NCBI GenBank assembly: GCA_951406725.2
Contig: OX597817.1
Span: 63,612,001 to 63,676,000 of the forward strand
Source of the DNA: Octopus vulgaris
Lineage: Eukaryota
Length of the DNA: 64,000 bases
Direction of reading: 5' to 3'
The position numbers were made by a program, and so were the translations under genes. The notes below the pieces were generated by a model. That model did no database searches and was not told where the DNA came from. It worked only from the letters and a program-made list of their open reading frames with translations. Numbering within the stretch: position 1 is the stretch's first letter; every line of letters starts with the position of its first letter. Shown here piece after piece: positions 1 through 15,852 of the stretch.

Positions 1-239
1 AATGTTGGTCTACCCGCCTAACCAGCAGGGGAAGGATTTTGAAGACTAAAACAATTCAAGAAACGCATTGTGGCCAGCGATGTACGACCATAGCCAAAAG
101 TCTGGTCGATAGAGTGATATAAGACAGTGTATTGAGGGTAATTACGCTGCTATTTCTAAAGGATTGAACAACCAAATGTAGGCTTCTCGAAGGCTCGTCT
201 AAGTAAACCCGCAAGCATACTTGTGTTGAAGAAAGTGGT

Positions 240-620
240 CGCTTGACTTTATAGAAATAGCAGCCAAATGACCCTCGAACTACAACTTACCCTCTTTCTT
301 AAGCCTAAAAGTATTCACTTGACAATATAGTCCGTGACATAGTAGTATTCTGGATGGTCATGCTTGGGACCCGTTTGATCTTTTAGAAATAGCGGATAAA
401 TCTCCGTAAAACAACATCTACCATCTTTCTTAAACCTTAAAGTGTTCACTGGACACTGTAGTCTCTGGAACAGAAGAATCCCGGATGGTCACGAGTGGAC
501 CTTAGAGAAATAGCAGCCAACCCCTACCCCATTCAAATTACAGCTTACTAACTTTCTTAAGCCTAAAATATTCTCTGGACAATGTAGTCCATGGAGTAGA
601 AATTGACTAGACGGTCACGC
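240..620 (+). repeat. Old degenerate tandem array, about 3 units of ~125-135 bp
   Basis: Motif agaaatagcagccaa...tttcttaa(g/a)cct...ggacaatgtagtc...gatggtcacg recurs near 253, 385 and 506; the same motif is dispersed elsewhere in the window. Confidence 0.7.
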
Positions 621-1127
621 CAGTGAGTCCTTTGTCAGTTATTATATTTGATCAGGACATACCAGGAAATACACAAGAACAACAAAACTTACAATAAAGA
701 TAAGTGTCCTTTTGAATTGAGTGTAAAAGATCAATACTATTGATTAACAAAGTCACCTGCCTGCTCTTTGAGTGTTCCTTAGTTCAAATTCCTTTCTGTC
801 CTCGTTTTATTGTTCCATTTTCTGCGTGGGCTGCGGTGTGGGAGAAGGTCGATAAATATAAGTAAAGCTAGTTACTATTGATATAACATAAAATCGATCA
901 AGATCATATTATTTATTTATTTATTTCTCTATCTATCTCTCTATTATCTATCTATTGATATATCTATCACTATGCTTCTCTGCCTATCTAATTATTTATT
1001 TCCCTATCTTTCAACCTAAGTACCTACATAACAAGGCCATCTATCTATCTGGCTGTGTATCTATCTTTTAACCTGCCTGCTCCATGATTATGTATATATC
1101 TCTCTGTCTATCTATGTATTTATCTAC

Positions 1128-1440
<313 letters not shown>

Positions 1441-1623
1441 TTTTATATATGCACCCCTCTAATCTGCACCACAAAAATGCTCCTTGTTTACAGAGCAAAT
1501 ATCTATTGCTGCGGTTTGTTGATTTTAACACGGTACAAGTGAGGGTGGTGGTGGTGGGGGGCATTGGTGACTGATGTTTGTCGGTGACCTATTGTCGACG
1601 TCAGCAAAATCATTGCGATTGGG

Positions 1624-2038
1624 ATCGTCATCACCACCATCATCATCATCATCATCATCATCATTTTCACTCTCCCACCACTACCGTCATCACCACCACC
1701 ACCACCACCACCATCACCACCACAACCACCACCACCACCACTACCAACATTCCACACAATCATCATCATCCTTCTCGTCACTTCCACCAGTATCCATCAC
1801 CGCCATGACCATCACCTCCACTACCACAATCATCATCATCATCATCATCATCACATAAAAGCACGAAAGCCATTATCCTTATTCTCCTCACCATCATCAT
1901 GATCAATTTAACAGGACCATTACGATCACAATTAGTACCACAGCATTTATCATCATCGACCACCATGATTATCATCATCAGCATCACCATCTTGCTGATT
2001 CTCTTCCTCCTTCTACCTTGCTCCTCCTCATATTCACT

Positions 2039-2075
<37 letters not shown>

Positions 2076-2236
2076 CCGTCGTTGTCGTCGTCGTTATCCT
2101 CATCGTCGTTATCCTCCTCCTGCTGCTCCTCATCCTCTCCTTCCCCCTCGCTTTCTCTTCTCCTCCCATCCACTCTTCTTTCTCCTCCTCCTCGTTCTCC
2201 GCCCCTCCCCTTCTCCTCCCCCTCATCGTCATCATG
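1624..2236. repeat. Low-complexity trinucleotide region (CAT/CAC/CCT/CGT)
   Basis: Seen directly; explains the poly-His/Ser/Thr/Asp ORFs. Confidence 0.9.
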
Positions 2237-2495
2237 ATGCCATTATTAGTTTTAAACTTATTAATTTGAATGAGTATTCGGGTACGCCTTTATGTATATT
2301 AGCGTATATTTCAATGAATTACACACACACACATATACATATATATATATATGAATTAAATAAGGAGATACTATTGACAATTCAATGATTTATTTATATC
2401 ATAACATTACATGATATATTATTTGTATGGTATTCAACTGACGTACCAGTGAATTAGATGTTTAACACAACCCTTTGAAGGATTTCTTTTGTTAA

Positions 2496-2547
<52 letters not shown>

Positions 2548-2553
<6 letters not shown>

Positions 2554-2832
2554 TATATGTTACATTACTCGATAGTCAAGATAAAACTCTGAGTTTCAGA
2601 TGCCGAAGTGGGAATCCACGACATCTTTTCGGTTATCTGGCTATTTGAAAATAGGGTTTTCAAATAGCCAGATAACCGAAGAGATGTCGTGGAATCCCAC
2701 TTCGGCATCTGAAACTCAGAGTTTTATCTTGACTATCGAGTAATGTAACATATAATTGTATAGATAAATTTCCTCTATTTACATAATATTGAGGTCTCTT
2801 TCTTTCTTTTGTTATCTTACCGTTTTACCAAT
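2548..2832. mobile_element. Fold-back element in a (TA)n tract: ~104-bp inverted arms plus a ~70-bp tail; Penelope-like/retrozyme-like
   Basis: 2548-2651 is the reverse complement of 2657-2760 with about 2 mismatches and a 5-nt loop. The tail 2768-2832 recurs at 45518-45582. Each arm carries a hammerhead-like motif. Confidence 0.75.
2671..2728 (+). ncRNA. Hammerhead-ribozyme-like motif, type I, core CCGAAGA (U4C variant); mirror copy on the minus strand ~2579-2637
   Basis: gataa-CCGAAGA-gatgtcg...cggcatc-t-GAAA-ctcagag-TT-ttatc; helices I, II and III all pair. Confidence 0.6.
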
Positions 2833-4830
<1,998 letters not shown>

Positions 4831-5416
4831 TACATATACACACTCACATATGTGAGCATCATCATGTGCAAATATATACATGGGTGCATGTGTAGGTGCG
4901 CGTGCGTGTGTTTCGTTGTGTGCCTGTTAGTGTAACATACGTGTTATTTTTCTTGACAAAGCGATTCGTATGCATGTGTAAAAAACCTTGCTTACAACTA
5001 TACGATAAAGATCAGTCCGATTCTTTATGTACGTATATACCAGACAACGCTTACTATTCTTTGTTGTGCTGGGTTTCTTTCTCTCCCTCTCTATTCATTC
5101 TAGCTCTCCGTCTCTCTGTCTGTCTGTCTGTCTGTCTGTTTCTCTTTCTCTCTATTCATTCTGGCTCTCTCTCCATCTCTCTCTCTCGCTAGTTCTATTT
5201 CAATTTTCTTTGCCTGTGTGTAAGAAATAGCTTAGAATCTTTACATTGTTTCTTTTAGTCTTTTACTGTCTTGCCAGTTTAAATTTCTAATCTCTTCCTT
5301 ATTTTTTTTTTTTCGTTCTTCCCTTTCTCCTCATGCCCATCCTCCCGCTTCTCCTCCTCTACCTCCTCCTCCACCTCCTCCACCCCTCTTTCCCTCCTTC
5401 TTTTCTTCTTTTTCTT

Positions 5417-5447
<31 letters not shown>

Positions 5448-5544
5448 TTATTATTATTATTATTATTATTATTGTTGTTGTTGTTCTTGTTGTTGTTGTT
5501 GTTTTTGTTGTTGTTGTTGTTGTTGTCGTTATTATTATTAAAAA

Positions 5545-5820
5545 GGCGGCGAGCTGGCAGAAACGTTAGCACGCCGGGCGAAATGCGTAGCCGTATTTCG
5601 TCTGCCACTACGTTCTGAGTTCCAATTCCGCCGAGGTCGACTTTGCCTTTCATCCTATCGGGGTCGATTAAATAAGTATCAGTTTCTCACTGGGGTCGAT
5701 ATAATCGACTTAATCCATTTGTCTCTCCTTGTTTGTCCTCTCTGTGTTTAGCCCCTTGTGGGTAGCAAAGAAATAGGTATTTCGTCTGTCTTTACGTTCT
5801 GAGTTGAAATTCCGCCGAGG
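5545..5820 (+). mobile_element. tRNA-derived SINE with Meta-type central domain, followed by the start of a second unit
   Basis: A-box-like tggcagaaacgttag, B-box-like gagttc(a/c)aattcc, then gcctttcatcct.tcggggtcgat.aaataagta; many copies in the window. Confidence 0.85.
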
Positions 5821-5846
5821 AATTATTATTATTATAATTATTATTA

Positions 5847-6328
5847 TTGAGTGAGAGAACAGTGCATGCCATCAATGTGACACTGGGTAAAATATACGAA
5901 GCCCTGTATACCCGTCATGACTACTCGTCTGATCAAGGTACACCAGGCACATGCATCAAAACCATGTGTGCGCCACATGGTGATCTCATATCAAAATTAA
6001 CAGCACATGATCTTGCAGGTGGAGCCCAGTTAGAATTTTCTTCAGATCGTGTAGTCCATCCCACTCTAAAGGTCCCTGAATAAGGGCTGTTTAAGAATGT
6101 TGGACAAAACACCCAGAGGGTAATTATCCAAACTCCAAAGAATTCCTCTCAACACATGGCTATAATGTTCCCCCACTACTTCTGCTCGTGATCAGAGATG
6201 CACATACTGCTAGCTACTAAGGGACATACTCAACTGGTTAAGGTCAAACAACTGACAAGCAAATCTGTGGTATTGAGCAGAGTATTTGCTGTAGCTCACC
6301 TTTTATACCAAGTCTAAGTAATGTACAT
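5847..6328 (-). mobile_element. ~480-bp dispersed repeat ending in (AAT)n; probable 3' UTR of a microsatellite-targeting non-LTR retrotransposon
   Basis: Homologous to 16678-17149 and 43142-43586; fixed end ctctcactcaa-(taa)n; abuts the RLE fragment. Confidence 0.75.
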
Positions 6329-6339
6329 TTGCAATTTAT

Positions 6340-7075
6340 TTCATCTTCAGACCGGGTCTCTGCAGAGACTTAAGGCACGTATATATTAGATGAAGAGAAA
6401 CTTCCTAAGAATCTGGGTGGTTGATGTCAACACATTTTTTGAATCACATAAGTTGTTGGTTTTTGCGATCGGGTCAAAAAATTTGTCGTTAACTTTCTTG
6501 ATCATTCTCAGGGCACCTACAGTAACGGATGGTGTTGGTTTTTAATTACCACATCTTAGATATCTCAATCTCAAGGTCCTTATATTGTGAAAGTTTTTCA
6601 AATTCCTTTGGTGAAATGTTTCAATAAGTAGGCACTGTCATATCAATTAACAGGCATGTTTTTGTCTTAGATCTTTGATGACGATGTCTGGTAGGTTATC
6701 ATTTATTTGCACGCCTGTATGTATCCCACAATCCCATAAGATGGTAACATTCTCTCCCTCAGTGACTGACTCTGGACGATGTTCATACCAGTTCTTAGAG
6801 TACGGGATATCATAATGACGGTATATACTCCAGTGCAAGTATTGGCCAACTCGATCATGCCTGGTCTTATATTCTGTAGGGGTAGGACTGAGCAACTGGC
6901 AATAATGTGGTCAGTACTCTCAAATTTGTCATTTCAGAATCTACACTTCGTCTACCTCATTGTGTGTGACATAGTTCCGGATGAGGATAGTCTGACCTCA
7001 TGCCGCTAGAATAAATCCTTCTGCTTCACAGTCGCTAATAGCCCTTTCAGATCCTTGTCATCTTTTGCATATAAT
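6340..7075 (-). pseudogene. Decayed C-terminus of an RLE-clade (R4/Dong-like) non-LTR retrotransposon ORF
   Basis: YKTRHDRVGQYLHW...WYEHRPESVTEGENVTILWD...PDIVIKD, continuing after a frameshift as CLLIDMTVP...EKLSQYKDLEIEISKMW...VGAL. These are the RHD motif and PD-(D/E)xK-type nuclease. Stops and frameshifts present; flanked by (ATT)n at 7081-7128. Confidence 0.85.
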
Positions 7076-7078
7076 TCA

Positions 7079-7127
<49 letters not shown>

Positions 7128-7130
<3 letters not shown>

Positions 7131-7262
7131 GTTCTGCGTTAAAATTCTGCCGTGGCCGACTTTGCCTTTCATCCTTTCTAGATCAATAAAGAAACCACCA
7201 GTTTAACTCTGGAGTCGATGTGTTCGACTACCTCCTGTCCCAAAATGTCGGGCCTATTGTGA
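7128..7262 (+). mobile_element. Partial degenerate Meta-domain SINE
   Basis: acgttctgcgttaaaattctgccg...gactttgcctttcatccttt matches the family. Confidence 0.7.
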
Positions 7263-7298
7263 CTATTGCAGATTAGATTATTGCTATCATTATTATTG

Positions 7299-7362
<64 letters not shown>

Positions 7363-7543
7363 TCTGCTTCTGCTACTACTACTACTACTACTACTACTAC
7401 ATACAGCTTCTAGAAACATACAATAATATGTAAGTGTGCATATGTGAGAGAGTATCCATGGTTGTGTATATGCATGTGTATGTATGTACATGTGCATGTG
7501 CGTTTATGTGTGTGCTTGTGAGTATACCTACATTTATTAATTA

Positions 7544-8723
7544 CTAGTAGACATACCCGGCGTTGCTCGAGATTTAAATGGCATAGTTTGTATATATATA
7601 TATATATGGTACAGTAAAGTAGAAATATGTGGTACGGGAAAGTGCAGCATTGACGACAAAATATTTGTAGAGTAAATGAAGGGCTAATTCGACTAAGTGA
7701 CATGCCAGGCCCTAACCTGTCATGGAAAAGTGGGTGGGGGTATGTGCTTTTTGAACGCACCAAAATCTCTCAGTAGATATACTCTCCTTTGCGGCAGCTC
7801 CAACTGTCGCAACCACGCTGAACAATCAGCGGACATAGGAACTACATCTATGTGATAAATTAAGCCTCTGTGTGCGCTTAAGTAGCACCATATGAGAGAA
7901 ATCTACTTGAAAGAAATGACGTGATAAAGCGGGGGGGATAGGCAAGGAAGCGCTTGCGATATTTTGCTGTTATGCAATATTTCGGTTTGGAATCAATAAC
8001 CGTGGCTCCACCGTGCACTCCTTCGCGTAAACAGCGTGCGACCATTGTGAGGACAATTCAGCTCCCAAACGAAAACAGTTCTGCATGCAGCGTCCGGGCA
8101 TGCAAGGTCACATTAAGGATACGGTCTCTAATTAACGTGGTTGGGTTTTAGACTCCATAAATCAGTAGGTTTCATATTTCGGTTTGTAATCAATAGCTGA
8201 AGAATATTTATATGAGCTTCGTCTATGCTTAAAAAGAAGACTTTTATACTGACGCTAAAAGAGAATAGTTGAATAGTTGCTCAGAATTTAACATATTTTA
8301 GCATATTTTTCATAATAAACATAGTGTGTTCCAAATGGTTATTATTCCAACAAATTGCTATCTGTAGTACTACGGGAAGAGGCAATTATTGCTATCACTT
8401 AGACAGCACAGTTTGAAATCTACATCGGTTCATCCATTTGATACAACCTACTTATATCATTTCAGTAGCTATTTTTTTCCAGTTGAACAGAAGCAATGTG
8501 TGGACCATGCGGGCAGTTGCACGTACGCCAGGAAAGGGGGATTTTCTGCTCCCAGGTGCCCCTTTGCTCATTATGTGAAAAATTTTAAGAGTTTAAAACG
8601 ATCTCTGAAACATTATGTTCTCAGTTTGAAGAAAATCAGTTGCGAACTTCAGAAGTTCTATGGATTTACACACACATGCACACACACGCGCGCCGCACAC
8701 ATCCTTCATTTTGTATACGTAGA
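7544..8723 (-). mobile_element. Non-autonomous Helitron
   Basis: Minus strand starts A|TCtacgtatacaaaatga and ends with hairpin ctcgagcaacgccggg followed by CTAG|T. Confidence 0.75.
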
Positions 8724-8744
8724 TTTATGTATGAGTGTATTAAT

Positions 8745-8956
8745 CCTTTCTATTATCGGCATAAGACCTGAAATTGTGGGGAGGGGTAAATCGATAGCAT
8801 CGATCCCAGTACATGATTGGTATTTATTTTATCAACTCCGAAATGATGAAAAGCAAAGTCGACCTCAGCAGAATTGGAACTTAGGACATAAAGACGGACG
8901 AAATGCCGCTAAGCATTTTGTCCGGCATGCTAACGATTCTGCTTGCTCACCGCCTT
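8745..8956 (-). mobile_element. Meta-domain SINE with 17-bp target-site duplication
   Basis: Family match; tgtatgagtgtattaat at 8728-8744 and 8957-8973. Confidence 0.85.
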
Positions 8957-9022
8957 TGTATGAGTGTATTAATGTGTAGTTTACAAAAACAAATGTAGAA
9001 CTTGCAATTTCCTGAATGAACT

Positions 9023-9096
<74 letters not shown>

Positions 9097-9630
9097 CCAT
9101 CGACATCTACAACGTTTACTCCATCCCACGAGGACAACAATGCACAAAATATACAACACCTCATAAATAACACAAAACGTTCGCTCACAAGGTATTTGTC
9201 AGATCACCAGGCATGTGTAGTTTACAAAAACAAATGTAGAACTTGCAATTTCCTGAATGAACTAGTAAAACGATCCGTCGTCTCACTCACCATTACAACC
9301 GAAATACGGATAGTTTTGTGACGTTTGTCCGTGATAACATGTAAGTGCAGTCCATTTAATAGCCGCCGGACCTTTTGCAGCTAAACCAGCAAAGCCCAAC
9401 TTGTTCGTTCCTAGGGAGAGTTTGAGCGAGTCTAACATCACTAAAATTAACAGCTGTTAAAACGGTGACATAGGTGTCTTTAATATTGTATAATCTCATG
9501 TCCAGTTATCTTGCGATTCGACAAACAGCCTGAGATAAAACAAGTTCCGAGCTAAATTATGTACTACAGTTGATATGGTTGGCTAAAATACTTGAGGACA
9601 GTGCCCTAGCAAGATTACAGAACATATGGT

Positions 9631-10861
<1,231 letters not shown>

Positions 10862-11076
10862 TGATTGTTTTACTTATTAAATGGGAGGAAGAAACATGTT
10901 TTCATTTGTCTTTGATTTTATTCGTCTTAAATTATTAATGACGTTTTATTCATAAAGATTTACCTCAACTTAGAAACATTTCATAGCATTTTGTTGCCAA
11001 TAAGAGACAGCAAAAAGATCACGAGTTAACAAAACAAAGATATGTGTATTTGAATAAATTTATGTTATGTATGTGC

Positions 11077-11107
<31 letters not shown>

Positions 11108-11314
11108 TGTATGTATGTATGTATGTATGTATGTATGTATGTGTATATATTAATATATTTATATATATAGATACACACACACACACATATATATATATTC
11201 GTATACGTGTAAATAACGTACACCTGTACACTTAAATACGATATTAATAAAATATCCCATCCATAAACTCTTATGCGGATGTTTTCTATTGATATTTTGC
11301 ATTGTTCAAGACGG

Positions 11315-11525
11315 TATGCTGGAAGATGTGTTAGCACGCCGGGTAAGATGCCCAGCAGCATTACGTCTGTCTTTACGTTCAGAGTTCAAATTCTGCCGAG
11401 GTTTGACTTTGCCTGTCATCCTTTCGGGGTCGATAAAATAAGTACCAACTGAATACTGGAGTCGATCTAATCGACTTGGAACCTCCCCCAAAACCGCTGA
11501 CCTTGTACCAATATTTGAAACCTAT
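11315..11525 (+). mobile_element. Meta-domain SINE
   Basis: gttagcacgccggg...gagttcaaattctgccgagg...catcctttcggggtcgataaaataagtacc. Confidence 0.85.
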
Positions 11526-12751
11526 ATTACGCATTATTCGATGTTGCTGTTGTTGTTGATAGTGATGATGATAAGGAGGGTGAAGATACGGGGGATGAAG
11601 AAGAGGAGGATAAAGAGGAAAAGGAGGGTGAAGAGGATGATGATGAGGAAGAGGGAGAACGCTCTTCATCATCATTATTGCATTATTGCTGAGTTCAGCT
11701 TGAGAGTTGAAGAAGTACCAGTTGCGGAGTATATTCCCCCCAAATTCTTACTCACATACACACACATACATAAATACATTCATACATTCATTCATACAAA
11801 CACATCCGGTGGATGTTAAAGTCTCGTCGAAAATTGGGGAAAGTGTGAACATCAGTGGAGAACTAGCGAAAAACTTAAAAACCTTATGTCCAGACAACAG
11901 GCATTCTTTATGACTACTGTCATCGATGCACTGGACTACTTCACAACAGATCTGCATTGAAACTTAGAAGTGCTTGGTTTTTTCAAATAAAGGGGTAAAA
12001 AAACCCGATGCTTTGTATTCTCCAAATACAATCAAACTGGGGCCCAGTGAAGGTTTGTAAAACATTTCAATGATTGTTTTCCATTTGAGGCTCCTGGGCG
12101 AATATGTGTACACAATCTCACATGTACCTATATACAGAATACACATATACGCACACATATAAACTATAATGACGTGTACTTTTGTACTGACGTGTCACGC
12201 ACACCCATTACATGAGTAAAAGTTTATCCGGACGCACATACATAAACAGTTTAGATAACCACAGGAGCTGTCTTGACTTAAACAAAAGAGGCTTGTCATT
12301 TTGTTGATTCCGCAAATGAAAAACTTACATTATACATACATACATACATACATACATACATACATACATACATACATACATACATACATACATACATGCA
12401 TACATATGTGTGCATGCATGTGTGTATGTGTACGCATGTCATAGCAAGGTGTATAAGGGATAAACCAAAGCTGTGAGTATAGAATTAATCCTTAGCATGT
12501 AGCAAAGCAAAATGAGTGCTTTATAGTTGAAGTGGTAATAATTGAATCCGGTTGTTTCGTATGGTGGTCATATGGGTAACGTACGAAGAGAAGCGTATTG
12601 CCATATAAGCCAGAACCATCCAGACATTCTCTGGTAGCATCAAGTCTGCTCGGCATTATTGAAGGGAGCAATCCTGTCGGACGGTAACAAAACCATTGCG
12701 ACCCCTGGACAGCAGCTGATGAAGGGTATCCTGCGGTGTACAAAACTTATG

Positions 12752-12785
<34 letters not shown>

Positions 12786-12830
12786 TTCTCTGTATGCATA
12801 CATACATATATATATATATATTTATTTGCC

Positions 12831-12871
<41 letters not shown>

Positions 12872-13077
12872 GTGTTTCATCTTCAAGATGCACTGCTTCC
12901 TTGTGGGCGTGAAACAATGCAATAACACCAGATGCAACTCACCAGATGCATAGAAGACTCCTCAGGTAGGATAATAAGGTTTTAAGCTGGGAGCTTTACT
13001 TATGAACTTCTCTGTATTGAGAGATTTGAAGAGTTAGACAGACGCGCAGTCAAACAGACGAGCTCCTGCACCTATTT

Positions 13078-13455
13078 AATTGCTCATTGGATAATCTTTG
13101 CAGGACATGTAACATCGTCTATAAATGCACTGTGCACACGAGGGGAGGCCCTTATGTGCATGTTAGTGTCACGGCTGATTTTATCAAGAATCGATATAGA
13201 AATCATGCTTCTAGCTTTAGAAAACGGAACAAGAGACACGTTACATCACTGGCGGATTTTCTATGCCAATTGAAAACCGACAGGATTAAATATGATATTT
13301 CATGGTCAATTATAAAATATGCAAAACCTTACAACACACATTCTTGGACCTGTGGATGGTGCTCTGAAGAATCCCTATCAATCTTGCTTACTGGGGAAAA
13401 AGTCATTAATAAATTAACTGAACGGATTACACGTTGTTAACATGCCATGAAATAT
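13078..13455 (+). pseudogene. GIY-YIG endonuclease remnant of a Penelope-like element (Neptune-like)
   Basis: NCSLDNLC..CNIVYKCTV...KNRYRNHASSFR...TSLADFLCQLK...YDISWSIIKYAKPY....CGWCSEE...INKLTERITRC matches the typical PLE endonuclease pattern; the YIG motif is decayed. Confidence 0.8.
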
Positions 13456-13679
13456 TACCACCCTGTAAACACATCTCCGAACTGCCATAATCTACATTGA
13501 ACAGTGAACACCATGCTGTCATTTCAGACATTGCTATATGCCCATGGACAGGTGTGCGGGCTTTTGCTCATGTGCTGTTTATTGTTCTGTGACTGCATGT
13601 GTGTCTGAGTAGTCTTGTGAGTGTATGCTTGTAAGTACAGAGTTGACGTGTTTCTATATACCTGTGTGTGTATATGCTC

Positions 13680-14151
13680 TGGGTCAAAAGGGTGGCTGCT
13701 GGAAGACCCTGTGTCTGGCAACATGATTTTGTACCATGCCACACAAGCAGGAGAACCCAGTCATGGCTGTCAGACAATTTCTGCGACCACATCACCCCTA
13801 ACATCTGGCCACCTAACTCTCCAGGCTGCAACCCCTTCGATTATTATGTGCGGGGGTGCAGCTGAACAAGAGACAAACAAAACTCCTTGTAACACCAAAC
13901 ACGAATTGAAGGCAAGGTTTATGGCAACATTCATCAACTTAAACAAGAAAACTGTCCAGAAGAGTTGCAGGAGATCGCGAAGTCGTCTGGAGGCCGTGGT
14001 TGAAGCCAATAGTGACTTTGTTGAATAAATTTACTCTTTAGTATTTCAAGATATTTTTATGTAATTTTGTTAAATATATCCGTTAAAATGAGATATCAGT
14101 GCTATTTTCATTTTTGCGTAATTTAGACGACAATATATTCACCGCACCCTG
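13680..14151 (+). mobile_element. 3' part of a Tc1/mariner DD37D (maT-like) transposon, frameshifted
   Basis: WQHDFVPCHT...WPPNSPGCNPFDYYV with 37 residues between the two Asp; C-terminus RLEAVVEANSDFVE; end ...caccctg|TA. Confidence 0.9.
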
Positions 14152-15574
14152 TATATACACACGCGCGCGCACATATATATCTATACTTATAAATATATAC
14201 AGATATATATGTGTATAGATATAAATACATAAATATTCATAGATAGACCCACTTACACAGACGCACATATATAATGTATGTATGTATGTATATTTTCATT
14301 GAAATTTATTAAAATCCTTCGTCGCAGAATTAAAGATGATATGAGAAGTGTTCTTCATATCTGTCAAAGCAATTTCAAGGACTTGTAAACATTTGAGTGC
14401 GAGTTAATCGACTTCAGAGTAATAAACGTATATTTCCATATACAAGAGTATAAGCAAGACCAGTTGCTTGCAGTTAGCGGTAACTCAGGCAGTCCCCCGG
14501 AGCGTTATAATGGAAGTGATGGTGTATGCTATGTGTTTGAGATCTTTTTTTAAATGCAAAGAGAAAATGGGGAAATTAGTTAGCATGAAAAATAACGCAA
14601 ATGTGAAAATCGCTTGCGTGTAGTGAAACCTATTTTAAAATGTTGCGTAGGTGATATTAACAGATGCAGTGTCTTTACTGAACTGGAGATTCCAAAAAAG
14701 TAATTTCCCGAGATTGTAAAGCTTCCGGTACAAGCCGTTAGATTTATCAACTCAAATAAGTAACAGGATATCTTATGGAATGTGTGGGCTATATGAAAAT
14801 ACCGATAATAAATACCAGGATGCATATGTCTCCTCTCTGCACGAGAGTATGTTCGCTTTTTATGTATGTATATGTGTACTTGTGTATATGTTCGCATACC
14901 GTATGCTCAAATGATAGTGTGTACATATTCATCTCAGAAAACTGAAACGCTGAAACTTTGAAATATCTTACAAAACTTCATTGTACTACGAATTTATTAG
15001 TTTTGGGTGGAATGCGTGTCAACTTACTTCGTTATTCTTAGGAAAACTCCTCCAATTTCAGGGATTTTTTTTATTTACATAAAACTGTTGTTACATCGTC
15101 CGATGCAACTCTGGTAAGTAGTACAGATAAGACAGTTTAAAAATAATACAAGCGTTGAAACTGTCACAGTAGTCTTAAACGTTCTTTTTTAAAACAACTT
15201 TAGACGACTCCTTCACAGACCGTGAATTTTATTGGTTTTCTAGAAGTAAATATGTTTAATCTTTTTCCTTCTAATTGAGTTGCTGGTTTTATTGCAATTT
15301 TTTCTAGTATTTCTACGTATCTTTAAATATATGGATACATTCAAGTTCTCATATACTTTTGACATAACGGTCAGGACAATTGTTCATAAAGATAGAGCGG
15401 CAAATAATTTTCGTATCTTATTTATCAAAGTTGATCAGGTGAATTTATTAAGTTAGTAATTACATAATCAAGTAAATAAAGCCCGTTGCAGTGCATAGGA
15501 AATTAAATTTCTATCTAAATTACAAATCTATCTAATATATTTATAGGCTATATTCTTATTATTTTATTATTTTT

Positions 15575-15770
15575 TTTTTTTTACTTGTTTCAGTTATTGC
15601 ACTGCAACGATGTTGGAGTACAGTTGTAATAGGTTTTAGTAAATCTACAATGACTCCAGTACTCGTTTTGTTGTTTTTTTTCTTATAAATCTGGTACGTA
15701 TATCGGTCACAGAGACATAAACAAATCAATACCGATTGTCAAATGATGGAGAACAAACACAAAGACATAT
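15575..15770 (-). mobile_element. Degenerate 3' part of the CORE-like SINE family seen at 47317
   Basis: ttttacttgtttcagt...tgttggagtac matches the family tail. Confidence 0.6.
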
Positions 15771-15771
15771 A

Positions 15772-15807
<36 letters not shown>

Positions 15808-15852
15808 CATACAAACATATATATCAAACACACACACATATATATATATATA

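Noticed and set aside
759-870. Possible minus-strand exon (pyrimidine-rich cag acceptor near 832, CAG/GTGACT donor near 761)
   Set aside because: All three frames contain stops and there is no supporting exon or homology.
2352-2500. Short insert in (TA)n with atgaatta...taattcat ends
   Set aside because: An 8-bp AT-rich inverted match is too weak to call an element.
6335-6360. CTGAAGA followed by GAAA on the minus strand
   Set aside because: No helix II or helix I pairing, so not a hammerhead.
11748-11957. Non-repetitive short ORFs (for example ICCEVVQCIDD...)
   Set aside because: No recognisable domain or convincing splice pair.
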